Source: Octopus sinensis (taxonomy: Eukaryota). Taken from it: a stretch of DNA of 64,000 nt. A program made the translations under genes and the position numbers. The notes beneath the pieces are model-generated. The model searched no databases. It saw only the letters and a list, made by a program, of their open reading frames with translations, and was not told the origin of the DNA. Below, piece by piece: positions 51,201-64,000 of this stretch (the first letter of the stretch is position 1; each line of letters starts with the position of its first letter). The stretch covers positions 24,676,001 through 24,740,000 of the forward strand of contig NC_043015.1 of NCBI RefSeq assembly GCF_006345805.1. The letters run 5' to 3'.

Positions 51201-52467
51201 CTGAGCCCTGAACCTCTTGACAGTGTCACCACAATGAATATTCATTGCTGGCCATGCTAACAGAACACATCTTTTCAATCAGATCATTCCTGACTCTACT
51301 TGCAGATAACTTCACTCTGTACTGTAACAGATTTGATTCTGGGTAGAGGGTGTATGGTTGGTTGGTTGGTTGGCTGGCTGGCTGGCTGGCTGGTCGGTTG
51401 GATACCCAGCAATGAGATCAACAACAGTGACATGAATGTATTATTACAATGTTCCATGCTGTTGGATCTGTCCCCAGCAATTACAAAATCATTCCAAGAA
51501 GCTAACATGCTGTGAGGCAGTGAAGAAATGTAAATGAAATTGTCGAGTTATAAAAATACGTCTAAAAATACACAAATTCAAATTATAAGGCAGATTTAAA
51601 AAAAAAAAATAAAACAAAAGCATAATATTAAAATTAAAATACATTTTGAAGAAAATGTCAGATTACTATTTGATAATGGAATTATTCACAGGGGAGATAG
51701 TAATGACCTCTACCTCCTTTCCAGTCATCCCCCACACAAATAATCAGCTGATTCTGAATAAGAGACAGAGAGAGGAAATCTATAAAGTCACTCAATTCGG
51801 TAGAAATAGCAGCTAAATTTCAGTTGTGTGACATCTTATTGCTAAAATGGAAAATGAAAATGTCCAATAATTATGTTCAAGATATGTTGTGTGTGAAAAG
51901 AAAGTGGAATAGTCAAAGCAGGGTTGTCTTTGATCATAAATCGGTTCATTAAAGTTTGGTCTGAGTATTCAAGATGTCAACTAGTAACAGATAAGTGACA
52001 AAGAAGAAAAGACAGCTGCCTGTGGTTTCACAACCTGCTAAAAATAGCAGTCTAATATAAAAAACAAAAATATCAGAAAGATAAAGAGAATTCATCAATT
52101 TGAATGAAAGATGGTCAAACTAGAATTAAATTGATCTATGCACAAGCAACAGAATTAGATTAAAATAATGATGTGTATAATATTTGTAATTTATATACAA
52201 ACATAAAATAGTACTAGATGTAGTATCTTTTTGTCCACAGATACACACACAGATTCAACTGTATCTCTGTAGTTGAATTGAGAGTTTAATGGATAACTCA
52301 TAGCTTCCTTCTTTGAATATTTCAAAAAATTAATAACACAATACATTTTTGCTTCAAATCTCATGGAACTTGCTTAGTTCTTAAAGATTTCTATGTTTTT
52401 GTCATTTTTCTTTTAAAACACAAATCTAGCTTTTCCAATTCATTTTTTATAATGTAAACATTGTTTA

Positions 52468-52499
<32 letters not shown>

Positions 52500-52554
52500 T
52501 TGCTTGCATATTATGTTTATACATGTATACGTATCTATACATATATTACATACA

Positions 52555-52605
<51 letters not shown>

Positions 52606-53226
52606 GGCATGCATGTGTATAATTATACATACATACATAAAACATATATAAACATATATACATTTATTCATATATATTCATACACATATTTACAAATATA
52701 CATATATTAATATTCATATGAGTGTGTGTATATATATATATATGTATGTATATATGTATAAATATATATATACATAATGTGTGGGGGGTGTATACATACA
52801 TATATATATATGCATGTCAATATATGTATGTATACATATGTATACCTATACATACATATGCATATGAATACACATATATGTATGTATACATACACACATA
52901 TATACACATAGATATATACACATGCATACATATATATATATGTATACTCATATATATATGTAAGCATATATATGTGTGTGTGTAAGTACACACACACACA
53001 CATTTATATCTATATATATGATATATTCCAACAATTATGTATTTATTTTTTTGTTTCCTTGTTGATTTGTTTACTCTCCTGAATGTATCTTTGTTTCAAA
53101 TCTATTTCAGAATCTAATCTTACACGTCAAAACCATCTCCACTCTCTTGAGATTATTAGCATTGTTGTGGTTTTTATTTGTTTTTGTCAGAATGGCAGGA
53201 TTTCTTGCTATGAAATGACAACTATG

Positions 53227-53275
<49 letters not shown>

Positions 53276-53576
53276 GTATATATACATATATATGTATGTA
53301 TGTATGTGTATATATATATATATATATATACACACACAAACACGTATATATACACATATAAGTATATATATATATATATACACACACACATATACACATA
53401 TATATATTATTGATATTGATATACACTCACAGTGTATGTCTGTGTGTGTTTGTGTATAAATATATCTGTCATTCATATATACATACAAATATGCAAATAT
53501 ATCTATCTTTTTTGATATATGGATACATATAGTTACATACGTCCATACCTATACACACATGTTTATGTATGCATAT

Positions 53577-53611
<35 letters not shown>

Positions 53612-54865
53612 CCATCACACAAACTATCCAAGATAAAAATGAAGTTAACTTATGTCACATTTATTTCATTTCATGTTATTATATATTTACCATAATATGA
53701 AATAATTTATTTATTTTCGGAAAATATGATAAATAATATATTACAAAAATCAAAAACAAAAGCAAAAACAAAAAAAGTGGAAGAGAGAGAGAAATGACAC
53801 AAAACAAATTGGCTTAGAAAACTAAGAAATGTTATATGATTCTTGAAAACACTCTCTCACAATGGAATATTGGTCACTGATAACAGCTTTATTGAAATAC
53901 TTGATTCAATGATTGTTGTTGTTGTTGTTGTTATTGTTGTTGCTATTGTTGTTGTTATTACTATCATCAACATTGCTAATGTTGTTGGTTAATAATGAAA
54001 TTATCATCATTATTATTATTGTTGTTGTTGCTGTTCTTCATATTGTTATTATTACTATTATTATTAATGTTCTTGTTATTGTTTTTACTATTATTCTTGC
54101 TATCATATGGCCATATTATATTATATGAAAACACGTTGCAATATACCTTGATCTCATTTATCTTCCAGTTACTACTTAAACTATGTAGATAAACACTGTT
54201 AATTAATATATTAAGAAATTTACAAATAACAACAAAATGTGTATATTTTTCGAGACAATGATAATACATTTAGATAACTGTCTGTTGTGTAACACAAAGA
54301 AATATATGATTTCTTTAACTCTCACCATCACCATAATGGTGTATATATTTTTTTGCTTTGTATTGATGAGAAAGGTGACACAGTGTATGTCTGTAAGGCA
54401 AAGGTCAAATGTTGGCAAATATGATGGAATACAATTCCATTGTTATAGTCAACAAATGGTCATTCATATGAAAACTTCAAGAATGGAGGAGGTGACAAAC
54501 TAAGATGATAGCAAATACAATGTTTTACAAGTCTTCCATTGTCATATATACATATGTGTGTGTATGTGTATATATATATATAAAATGTGAAAAATAGAAA
54601 ATGGAATTCACAACACTATCTATTCAGAACTACTATGATCATTTCAACTCATCGTGCACCCATAGCTTTCAGGTGAGATGCTGTACAAACAATTTTCATG
54701 CATTATAGGTACAGATGCATCTCCTCAGGTGACTTCTGGAAAAGTGCCTTCCATTTTACTTGTTGTTTCACTTATTTCTGTTACAATACATTTTGGTAAG
54801 TGGTACTGTCTTACAAAGAAGACCCACACACACATGCATGCGTGCACACACACATACATACACAA

Positions 54866-54910
<45 letters not shown>

Positions 54911-54913
<3 letters not shown>

Positions 54914-55775
54914 GTGTATGATGGATAAATTGCCGCCATTTTTTACTTTTACTTTTGCACACATGCATTGTTTGCTTTGAATTTGTTGACTACACAGTAT
55001 AGTAGGGTCAGTTGGGCACCATCTGTAAGAAAAACAGCCCCATGATGCAATTCACTTCTGCTAGAAATTTGGAAACAATCTGCTGTGCTGTTTGGCATTT
55101 GTACCAGAAGCTCCAATGTGAATCTTTCAGAGTGTTTGAGTGTCAATTTGAGGAAAGTCTATGTACTGAGAGTGATAAAAATCAAACATCCAGTCAACAT
55201 CATCACAAATGATGGTGATGTTATGCCTCCAATCATCTTCCCACATGACCTCACACTAAACACAGAGTCCTATATCAAGTGCCTGGAGAAGATAGTACTA
55301 CCCTGGGTCAAGAAAGTGACTGCTAGAAGACCCTATAACTGGCAACAGAACTCTGCACCATGCCACACAAGCAGGAGAATCTAGTCATGGCTGTCAGACA
55401 ATTTCTGTGACTACATCACCTCCAACATCTGGCCATTTAACTCCCCACACTGCAATCCCCTTTGATTATTGTGTGGGGCACAATTTAGCAAGAGGCCAGA
55501 AAAAACTCCTTGTAACACCAAAGATGAACTGAAGGGAAGTATTATGGCAGCATTCACCAACTCAAATAAGAAGACCATCCAGAAGGGTTGCAGGAGATTC
55601 CGAAGTCATCAGATGACCGTCGTTGAAGCCAATGGTGATATTCTTGAATAAATTTACTCTTTAATATTTCAAGATATTTTTATGAAATTTTGGTAAATAT
55701 GTCTGTTAAAATGAAATGTCAGTGTTATTTTCATTTTGGCATAATTTAGATGACAACATAGTCACAGCACCCTGT
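54911..55775 (+). mobile_element. Internally deleted DD37D (maT/Bmmar1-like) Tc1/mariner element
   Basis: KHPV...DGDVMPPIIFPHDLTLNTESYIKCLEKIVLPW...YNWQQNSAPCHTSRR, NIWPFNSP.CNPLDY, TPCNTKDELK...VEANGDILE; right end caccctgt-ata. Confidence 0.85.
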
Positions 55776-55797
55776 ATACACACACACACAAATAAAT

Positions 55798-57985
55798 ATA
55801 TCATCATCATCATAAGAATTTAACGTCCGTTTTCCATGCTAGCATGGGTTGGATGGTTTTGACTGAGGGTCGGCAACCAGATGGCTGCACCAGGCTCCAA
55901 TTTTGATCTGGCAGAGTTTCTACAGCTGGATGCCCTTCCTAACGCCAACCACTCCGTGAGTGTAGTGGGTGCTTTTTACATGCCACCTGCATGGGGGCCT
56001 GTCAGGCGGTACTGGTAATGACCTTGCTCGAATCTTTTTACATGTACCCACTGGCACAGGTGCCAGTGAAGCGACATTTGTAACAATCACGCTTGAATGG
56101 TGTCCTTTTATGTGCCACGGGTATGGAAGCCAGTTATCTGCTGTGGCAATGATCACGTTCGGATGGTGTTCTTGGCCCCCTACTAGCACAGGCATAAGTG
56201 CCAGTAAGGTGACGCTGGTAATGATCACACTCGAAAAGCTGCTCTGTCAATGATCACACTCGTATGGTGCTCTTTGCACCACACTAGCACGGATGCCAGT
56301 CAACGAAATGATTTTGATTTTGCTTTGATTTCACTTGCCTCAAAAGGTCTTCGCAAGCAAAGTTTAGTGACAAAAGAAGGAAAAGCCATGCATAAGTTGG
56401 CTGGTTATGCTCCTGGCATAGGCCATGGGTTATGGTTTCATATGGCTTGCCAGGTCTTCTCGAGCACAGCATATTTCCAAAAGTCTCGGTTGTTAGTCAT
56501 TTCATTGGTGAGGGCCTAATGTTCAAAGGTCGTGCTTCACCACTTCATCCCAGGTCTTCCTGGGTCTACCTCTTACACAGGTTCCCTCAATGTGACACTT
56601 TTTCACACAGCTATCCTCATCCATTCTCACCACATGACCATACCAGCACAGTCGTCTTTCTTGCACACCACATCTAATGCTTCTTAGGTCCAACTTGTCT
56701 CTCACGGTACTTACACTCTGTTGAGTATGCACACTGACATTACACATCCACCGGATCATACTGGCTTCATTCCTTGCAAGCTTACGCATATCCTCAGCAG
56801 TCACAGCCCATGTTTCACTGCCATGTAGCATGGCTGTTCATACATATGCATCATACAGTCTGCCTTTTACTCTGAGCAAGAGGCCCTTTGTCACAAGCAG
56901 AGGTAAGAGCTCTCTGAACTTTGCCCAAGCTATTCTTATTCTAGCAGCTACACTTTTAGTGCACCCTCTTCCACTACTGATTTGGTCACCTAGATAATGG
57001 AAGCTATCAACTACTTCTAGTTTTTCTCCCTGGAAAGTGGCAGAAGTTGGTCTCTGTGCATTTTCAGTGTTTATTGCTCCTGAGCATCTGCCACATACAA
57101 AAACTATCTTCCCCGTTAGCATTCTTTTGATATTACTGCACTTCTTATGTGTCCATAGCTTACACTGGGTACATCTTATTGAGTTTCTACCTACACCTCT
57201 ACTACAAATCGAGCAGGGCCATCTACCTGAAGGGCTTTGTGGTTTGCCTGCCTTCCTACTTATTAGGACTTTGGTTTTAGCTAGGTTGATTCTGAGGCCC
57301 TTCGATTCTAATCCTTGTTTCCACACTTGAAACTTCTTCTCTAGTTCTGATAGCAACTCAGCGATTAGTGCAAGGTCATCAGCATAGAGGAGTTCCTAGG
57401 GGCATCCTGTCTTGAATTCCTCCGTTATTGCCTGGAGGACTATGATAAATAGGAGGGGGCTGAGGACTGAACCTTGGTGGACCCCAACCTCTACCTTGAA
57501 TTCTTCAGTGTACTCGTTGCAAACCCTTACCTTCCTTACAGCATCCGTACATGACTTGCACAGCTCTCACTAACCATTCATCTATCCCTAGTTTCCTCAT
57601 TGACCACCAGATAAAGGATCGGGAAACCCTGTCAAAGGCTTTCTCCATGTCAACGAAAGCCAGGTACAGAGGTTTATCTTTGGCTAGATATTTCTCCTGC
57701 AGATGTCTTACCAGAAATATGGCATCAGTGGTGCTTTTCCCTGGCACGAAACCAAACTGCATCTCATCCAAGCTGACTCTCTCCCTAATCAATGGGCTAT
57801 GACCCTCTCCGTAGCCATCATTACCTGATCCAACAGCTCGATACCTCTGTAATTATTTGTATCTAGGGCGTCACCTTTACCTTTGTAGCAGTTAACTATT
57901 ATGCTGCTACACCAGTCATTGGGTATGGCTCCTTCGTGTATCACCTGGTTAACTATACGGGTGACTAGGCTATAGCCGACACTGC
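55798..57985 (-). mobile_element. 5'-truncated RTE-clade LINE with RT domain and complete 3' UTR/tail
   Basis: QFGFVPGKSTTDAIF...LAFVDMEKAFDRV, GVHQGS.LSP, YADDL, MLHGSETW, LCWYGHV, RGRPRKTW across frameshifted ORFs; (atg)n tail at 55798-55812. Confidence 0.95.
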
Positions 57986-57989
57986 CAGA

Positions 57990-58052
<63 letters not shown>

Positions 58053-58056
58053 GGAA

Positions 58057-58109
<53 letters not shown>

Positions 58110-58129
58110 CTCCCGATCCTTTATTGAGC

Positions 58130-58310
58130 AGGTGGCACGTAAAAAGCACCCACTACACTCGCGGAGTGGTTGGCGTTAGGAAGGGCATCCAGCTGTAGAA
58201 ACACTGCCAGATCAGACTGGAGCCTGGTGCAGCCCCTGGCTTCCCAGACCCCGGTCCAACCGTCCAACCCATGCTAGCACAGAAAACGGACGTTAAACGA
58301 TGATGATGAT
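58130..58310 (+). mobile_element. RTE-tail repeat, young-looking copy
   Basis: Close match to 18906-19216 and 4632-4822. Confidence 0.9.
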
Positions 58311-58351
58311 ATATATATATGTATGTATATATATATATATATATATTATAC

Positions 58352-58384
<33 letters not shown>

Positions 58385-58609
58385 CACACAAACACACACA
58401 CACATGTATATGTCCATCTAGTGTTAATTGTCAGAAACAAAAAAGAGTGCTCAGTATCATAGTAGAGGTAAATATATATGTTATCATGGCTGACCCTGTC
58501 TCTTGTTACTCTGTGTTTTCCCCATTGGTGAACAAGATCTTTCTGAGCTTCAATATTTGACATTCAGGTTAAATGAAGTAGTAGATTTATTATATGTTGA
58601 TTTTTATCC

Positions 58610-58960
58610 TTTATATTTTCTGTTTCAATCATTGGACTGTGGCCAAGTTGGAGCACTGCCTTGAAGGCTTTCAGCTAAACAAATAAATACCAGTACTTTT
58701 TTTTAAAGTTTTGTACTTATTCTATCAATCTTTTTTGCTGAACCACTAAGTTACGAGGATGAAAACAAACCAGCACCAGTTGTCTAATGGTAGGGGGAAA
58801 TAACACACACACATGATGGGCTTCCACATAGTTTCCATCTACCAAATTCACTCAGAAGGTATTTGTCTGTGTGAGGCTATATTAGAATACACTTGCCAAA
58901 GATGCTGCAAAATGGGATTGAACCGGAAACCACCTACTTGAGAAGCAAAGCTTCTTAAAC
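58610..58960 (-). mobile_element. SINE family A, diverged (another at 60290-60690)
   Basis: tttcaatcattggactgtggcc...ggagcactgcc...ccaaattcactc...cacttgcc. Confidence 0.7.
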
Positions 58961-61900
58961 ACTGACACACTTCGTTTTAGTAAGCTGTGCAAGTGATTCA
59001 ATTGTTCTTTCCTTCCCTCAAAAATAGGAGATTAATTATGGAATCTATACTCATGTCACAATACATCGTCAAAATATATTTGCAAACACATTTATACATG
59101 TATAAAGTAACTTTGTGGCTAATAACATAAAAAGAAATAAAATAAGATAAATGTAAAATATTACAATGGTCAGCATTTTACTGAAACAAACAAATGAAAA
59201 GGTGGCTAATTGTGCCTGAAGGTCCAAAATGCCTTTGGTAGGAAAATTTACAGGAATTGAATTAAGATAACAAACTCAGATATGAAATACATTCAATTCT
59301 TGAAAAGGAGACTGTGAATATCTGGAAATGTTGAATAAATATGAACTTAGGAACTTTAGTATTTCAAACTAACTGTAAATACTAATAAGATGATACAAAA
59401 ATAACTAAGATTGCAAAAAGATTGAAAGAACACAGTTGAGAATCTAATGAAATGCTAGAAATTTTTGAGTTCCCTGCCTTGTCAACATCATCATCCAGTG
59501 TCTTAAATCCAGGTTTTTCCCCCATTAACTGGGGTGGCTGGATCTAACTCAATATCGTAGCAACTAAGGTAGGCAGGTGCAGCCCACCCAAACATTTGGG
59601 CTGGCTGGTGCCTATTCTCCTTTGCTATCATGAGGCCATTTTGGAGCTGCATTTTCTACAGGGAGCATGCCCTTGCTTACCCCCAACCTCAGTTTCTAGA
59701 CATGAGTGGTCCCGAGACAAAAACCTCTACCATGATTTTTAAGATACCAATATCTTAACACACTGCTATCACATGATACATTAGACATATCTCACTGGCA
59801 TTCATGCATTATATATGATACCAATTTCCAATTTCTTTAACGACCAGAGTAATTTGGGATTTATGATGGGAAAGTATTATATTACTCAGAGCAAGGGCTA
59901 AATAAAAGTCAGAAGTAAGGAATGAAGAACTTATGGAAAATTTGTGACTTAGTAAAGGTGTAAAAACATGTTGTTTGCTGTTTTGTTGTTTTTAGTCTGA
60001 AACCCGTTCTGAATATGAAGACTTAGTCATCATTGATGTTGCAGCCATGACCATATGTAGAGCTCTCAGTATCTTGGATGTTATTATTTGAATTAGATAT
60101 ATGCTGCCTTGTTGAAGACTCTACAGTAGGATTTTAAAACCAATTGGTTGTTGTTTCCAACAGGTCAGAGAGGCACATCACAGTCTTGCTCCCTCCACTG
60201 GTTTCCTTGATGTTTTCTTATTCCTATTTAGCTTCATACAGGCTCTGAATTTGTATTTGACGTACTCAGCCATTTTGAAGATGATATCTTTTACTTGCTT
60301 CAGGCATTAGACTGCTACCATACTGGAGCACCACCTTGAAATCTTAATCAAATAAATCAACCTCCTTTACTTATTTTTCAAGCCTGGAACTTATTCTATC
60401 GGTCACTTTTGCCAAACTGCTAAGTTCTGGTGATGCAAACACATCAACACTGGTTGTCAACCGATGGTGATGGTGGTGGAGGAGGAGGAGGACAAACATA
60501 GATTGAAAGACACACACACACAGATACACATACATATGTATCTATGATGGGCTTCTTTCAGTTTCCACCTGCCAAATCCACTCACAAGGCTTTGGTCATC
60601 TCAAGGCTATAGTGGAAAAACACTTGCCCAAGATGCCACACTGTGGAACTGAACCAGCAACCATGTGGTTAGGAAGCAATGTTCTTTTGACCCACCTACA
60701 CCTTTGGCAACTATTTCTAACTAGTCTCACTTTGTCAGCTTCCTTGAGGTCATTTGTGTTTGTGTTTAGCTGCATACTGTCCCTGAAATGAGTAGACTAA
60801 TGATCAACTACAATCCAGAAATGACCAGCTAGCCTTCTGTTCCAGAGAAATACAATTACAACTATTTCAATGACTTTCTCAATACATTTTGTAAAATATA
60901 GTTGAATGCAATTAGAGAGAGATGTCATTGTTACGTTTGGCAAGCATCGTTTTTGACATCTAATGTTTATCATAGATAGCTGTAATATGCTGGGGTTTTA
61001 CTCAAACCTATACCACACACATGAACATGAAAATAAAGCAAAGTGTCTCAATATATTGAGAATATGTAGCGATCAGTTTTTGCTAATATGTAACATTTGA
61101 TATCTGATAGAATATTTTGCCTTATTTTGAGAACTAAAATATAATTGCTGACTTATTTTTTTTTTCTTTGAAGAGGTTAAAATATCAGATTCCACCGTTG
61201 AGTTTTGAATTTTGAATTGATTTCTTTAGGTTTTTCTACTTATATATTTTGGAGAAATATAAGGAAGCATAATTTTATACAGCTTTTTCTGTGGTTCCTA
61301 TTGATTTTGCATCTTTTTATGTCTCCTTTAACAACAGTTTCACAACAATATTTAAGTACTTGCATCGTTGCAGTGGGGTGGGGTAGGGGGTGTTTATATT
61401 TATTTCAAGGAATTGCTTATTGTTCTGCTTTTCGATTTTACAGTAGGTCAATCTAATTCCTGCTATCACAATTCCAGCCAACATCATCATCACATTCTAC
61501 CCCCTCGTTCACCTCCTCCTCCTCCCCCCATACTCTCCCCCATCATCATCATCCTCATTATGGCTGTGTAGTTAAGAACCTTCCTTCCCATCCGTGTGAT
61601 CTTTGATTCAGTCTCACTGCACAGTGCTTTTGGCAAGTCTCTTCTGCTAGAGCCCCAGGCCAACCAAAAGCCTTGAGAGGATTTGGCAGATAAAAACTAA
61701 AAGAAGCCCATTACATGCATGCGTTTGTGTGTCTGTGTGTATGTACCCTTCTCTAGACCTCATGTGATGGTGATAAATGACCATCATTACAAGAGGTGCT
61801 GATTGTTTTATAAAAGATCAGCTTGACCAAAAGGAAATACTACCCCAGGGACAGCATCCAGCAGCAGCAGCAGCAGTAAATCTGATTCCTTTAATATGTT

Positions 61901-62904
61901 CCCCCGACACAAGCATGGAAGAACAGTCATTGGATGATGATGATGCTGTGCTTGTGTTTCTATTTCCTTGAACTGATGCTGCTGTAGTGTTGTAAATGAA
62001 CATCACCATCATACAAGCAGCGTTTTTCATTTCTAATGTGCCATGTAAAATTTTCTGACACAGGAAAAATTTACCTTGTATGGAAATAGGCATATGATGT
62101 TGAGAGGAGGGGCAGGAGCAAATCTGCATCAACTAATTCCATCTGACCCACGAAAGCATGGAAAGGTGGTCATTAAAAGGAAGATGACGATGATGATGAT
62201 GATGACAATGACGATAATGGTGATGATGGTGGTGGTGATAATAATGATGATGATGACGACAACGACGGTGATAATTATGATAATGATGAGGGTGATGGTC
62301 GGTGAGGGATGTTGATGAAGATATCAAAAACAACAACAGCAAAATTAGACATTGTAAACGAAGAACAGGGACAGAATATACATCAATTCATCGTCTTTTT
62401 ACAGCAAAATAATCTAATCAAGATATTGGAATAATTTAGTTATCTCATTGCTTTGCTTTACTTATTTCCATAAATTAGCTTAACAAATTAGCTAGCATTA
62501 ATCCGATACCATTACTTAACATATCTGATTGAATTCTGGACTATCTTCACATATATGTATATATACATATATATATAAATGAACACATCTGTGTGTGCGT
62601 GTGCGTGTTGGGGGTATCCTTATGTTCACTTTGAAAACTATAAAAATTATTTTGAAATATATCGTATTGTTTTTATTTACTTTATTATTATATTTGGTTT
62701 CTTTAAATGTGATGTAAAATAATAATCAAAACATTCAAAATTATACATATATATATATATATATACACACATACACATATATATACACACACACGTATGG
62801 ATGTATATATATATCACTCTTAGAAAAACATCAATCTAGAGAAGTACACTCTAAGAAGTAGACCAGTTTATATTTTTTCCTGGTAAATTAGTGAGCTGGT
62901 AGAT

Positions 62905-63100
62905 ATGTTAGCATGCTGAGTGAAATGCTTAGCAGTATTTCATCTGTCTTTATGCCCAGAGTTCAAATTACCCCGGTGTTGATTTGCCTTTCATCCTTTC
63001 GGGGTCGAGAAATTAAGTGCCAGATACATACAGGGGTCGAGCTAATCGTCTGGCCCCTCCCCCAAAATTCCAGGCCTTGTGATTAGAGTAAAAGAGTATA
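62905..63100 (+). mobile_element. SINE family B
   Basis: gtgagctggtag...gagttcaaatt...gcctttcatcctttcggggtcgagaaattaagtgccag. Confidence 0.88.
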
Positions 63101-63120
63101 TTTTTTCTTGGTGAAGGCTG

Positions 63121-63314
63121 GTTTATGGGGTTACTCTGAGTGTCCTGTCATAAAGGGATAATTTTATGGCGTATCATCAGACCCCAATACCTTTTGGCCT
63201 AAGACCTCTTTAAAATATCTTAAAGAGCTCTTAGGCCAACAGGTCTTGGGATCTGATGATATGCCATAAAATTAAACCCTTTATGGACAGGACACCCAGG
63301 GTAACCTCATAAAC
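63121..63314. mobile_element. Palindromic MITE
   Basis: About 93-bp inverted arms (gtttatg.ggttac.ctg.gtgtcctgtc...ttggcctaaga.ctcttta) around a short loop. Confidence 0.85.
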
Positions 63315-63349
63315 TGGGTTTTATCAGGAAAAAGATATATACATATTGT

Positions 63350-64000
63350 ATTGTAAATCAGGTAATTCACAAAGGAATCATACCCAGTGATTGGTGTAGC
63401 AGAAACATAGTCAACTGTTATAAAGGTAAAGGTGATGCTTTAGATAGAAATAAATACAGGTTATCAAATTGCTGGATCAGATGATGACAGTCACGTAGAC
63501 AGTCATAGCCCAACTTATTAGGGAGTGAGTTAGCCTAGATGAGATGCAGTTTGGTTTTGTGCCAGGTAGAAGAACCACAGATGGTATATTTCTGGTAAGG
63601 AAACTGCAGGAGAAATACCTAGCCAAAGATAAACCTCTGTACTTGGCCTTTGTTGACTTGGAGAAAGCCTTTGACAGAGTCCTCCGATCCCTTATCTGGT
63701 GGTTAATGTGGAAACTGGGGATAGACAAGTGGCTGGTAAGATTTGTACAAGCCCTGAACAGGGATGCTGTCAGTAAAGTGAGGGTTAGCAATGAGTATAG
63801 TGAGGAATTTCGGGTAGAAGTAGGGGTTCGCCAAGGATCAGTCCTCAGTCCCCTCTTATTCATCATAGTACTCAAGGTAATAACAGAAGAATTCAAGACA
63901 GCTTGCCCTTGGCAGCTCCACTATGCTGATTACCTTGCTCTAATAGCTGAATCACTACAAGAACTAGACACAAAGTTTTAGGTGTGGAAGCAAAGTCTAG
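63350..64000 (+). mobile_element. RTE-clade LINE RT fragment running off the window end
   Basis: QFGFVPGRRTTDGIF...LAFVDLEKAFDRV...GVRQGSVLSPLLF...HYADYLAL; same family as 55798-57985. Confidence 0.93.

Noticed and set aside
50708-51211. 167-aa His/Ser-rich ORF
   Set aside because: (CAT)n expansion at a SINE tail

Overview
AT-rich, microsatellite-saturated animal genomic DNA. The SINE, RTE-LINE and MITE complement looks like an octopus (coleoid cephalopod) intron or intergenic region; the species assignment is inference. No host protein-coding gene can be identified by homology, and only a few low-confidence minus-strand exon candidates have good splice signals. Almost all long ORFs in the supplied track are microsatellite artefacts or transposon relics. 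Recognisable content: a full-length but frameshifted mariner (11523-12812), an older mariner, a DD37D/maT-type Tc1/mariner relic, three RTE-clade LINE fragments plus one older RT relic, two CR1/L2-type LINE ends, at least four SINE types, and many palindromic MITEs. The most notable system is a set of Penelope-like elements (PLEs) and PLE-derived pieces carrying hammerhead ribozymes (HHRs). Two 5'-truncated GIY-YIG PLEs (18018-20558 minus; 42385-44337 plus) both record fold-back self-priming at their truncation junctions. The second has near-identical 304-bp inverted pLTRs, each with an intact type I HHR. A solo intact HHR sits at 26659-26720, and four variant or decayed HHRs also occur. All RNA structures were paired by eye, not computed.
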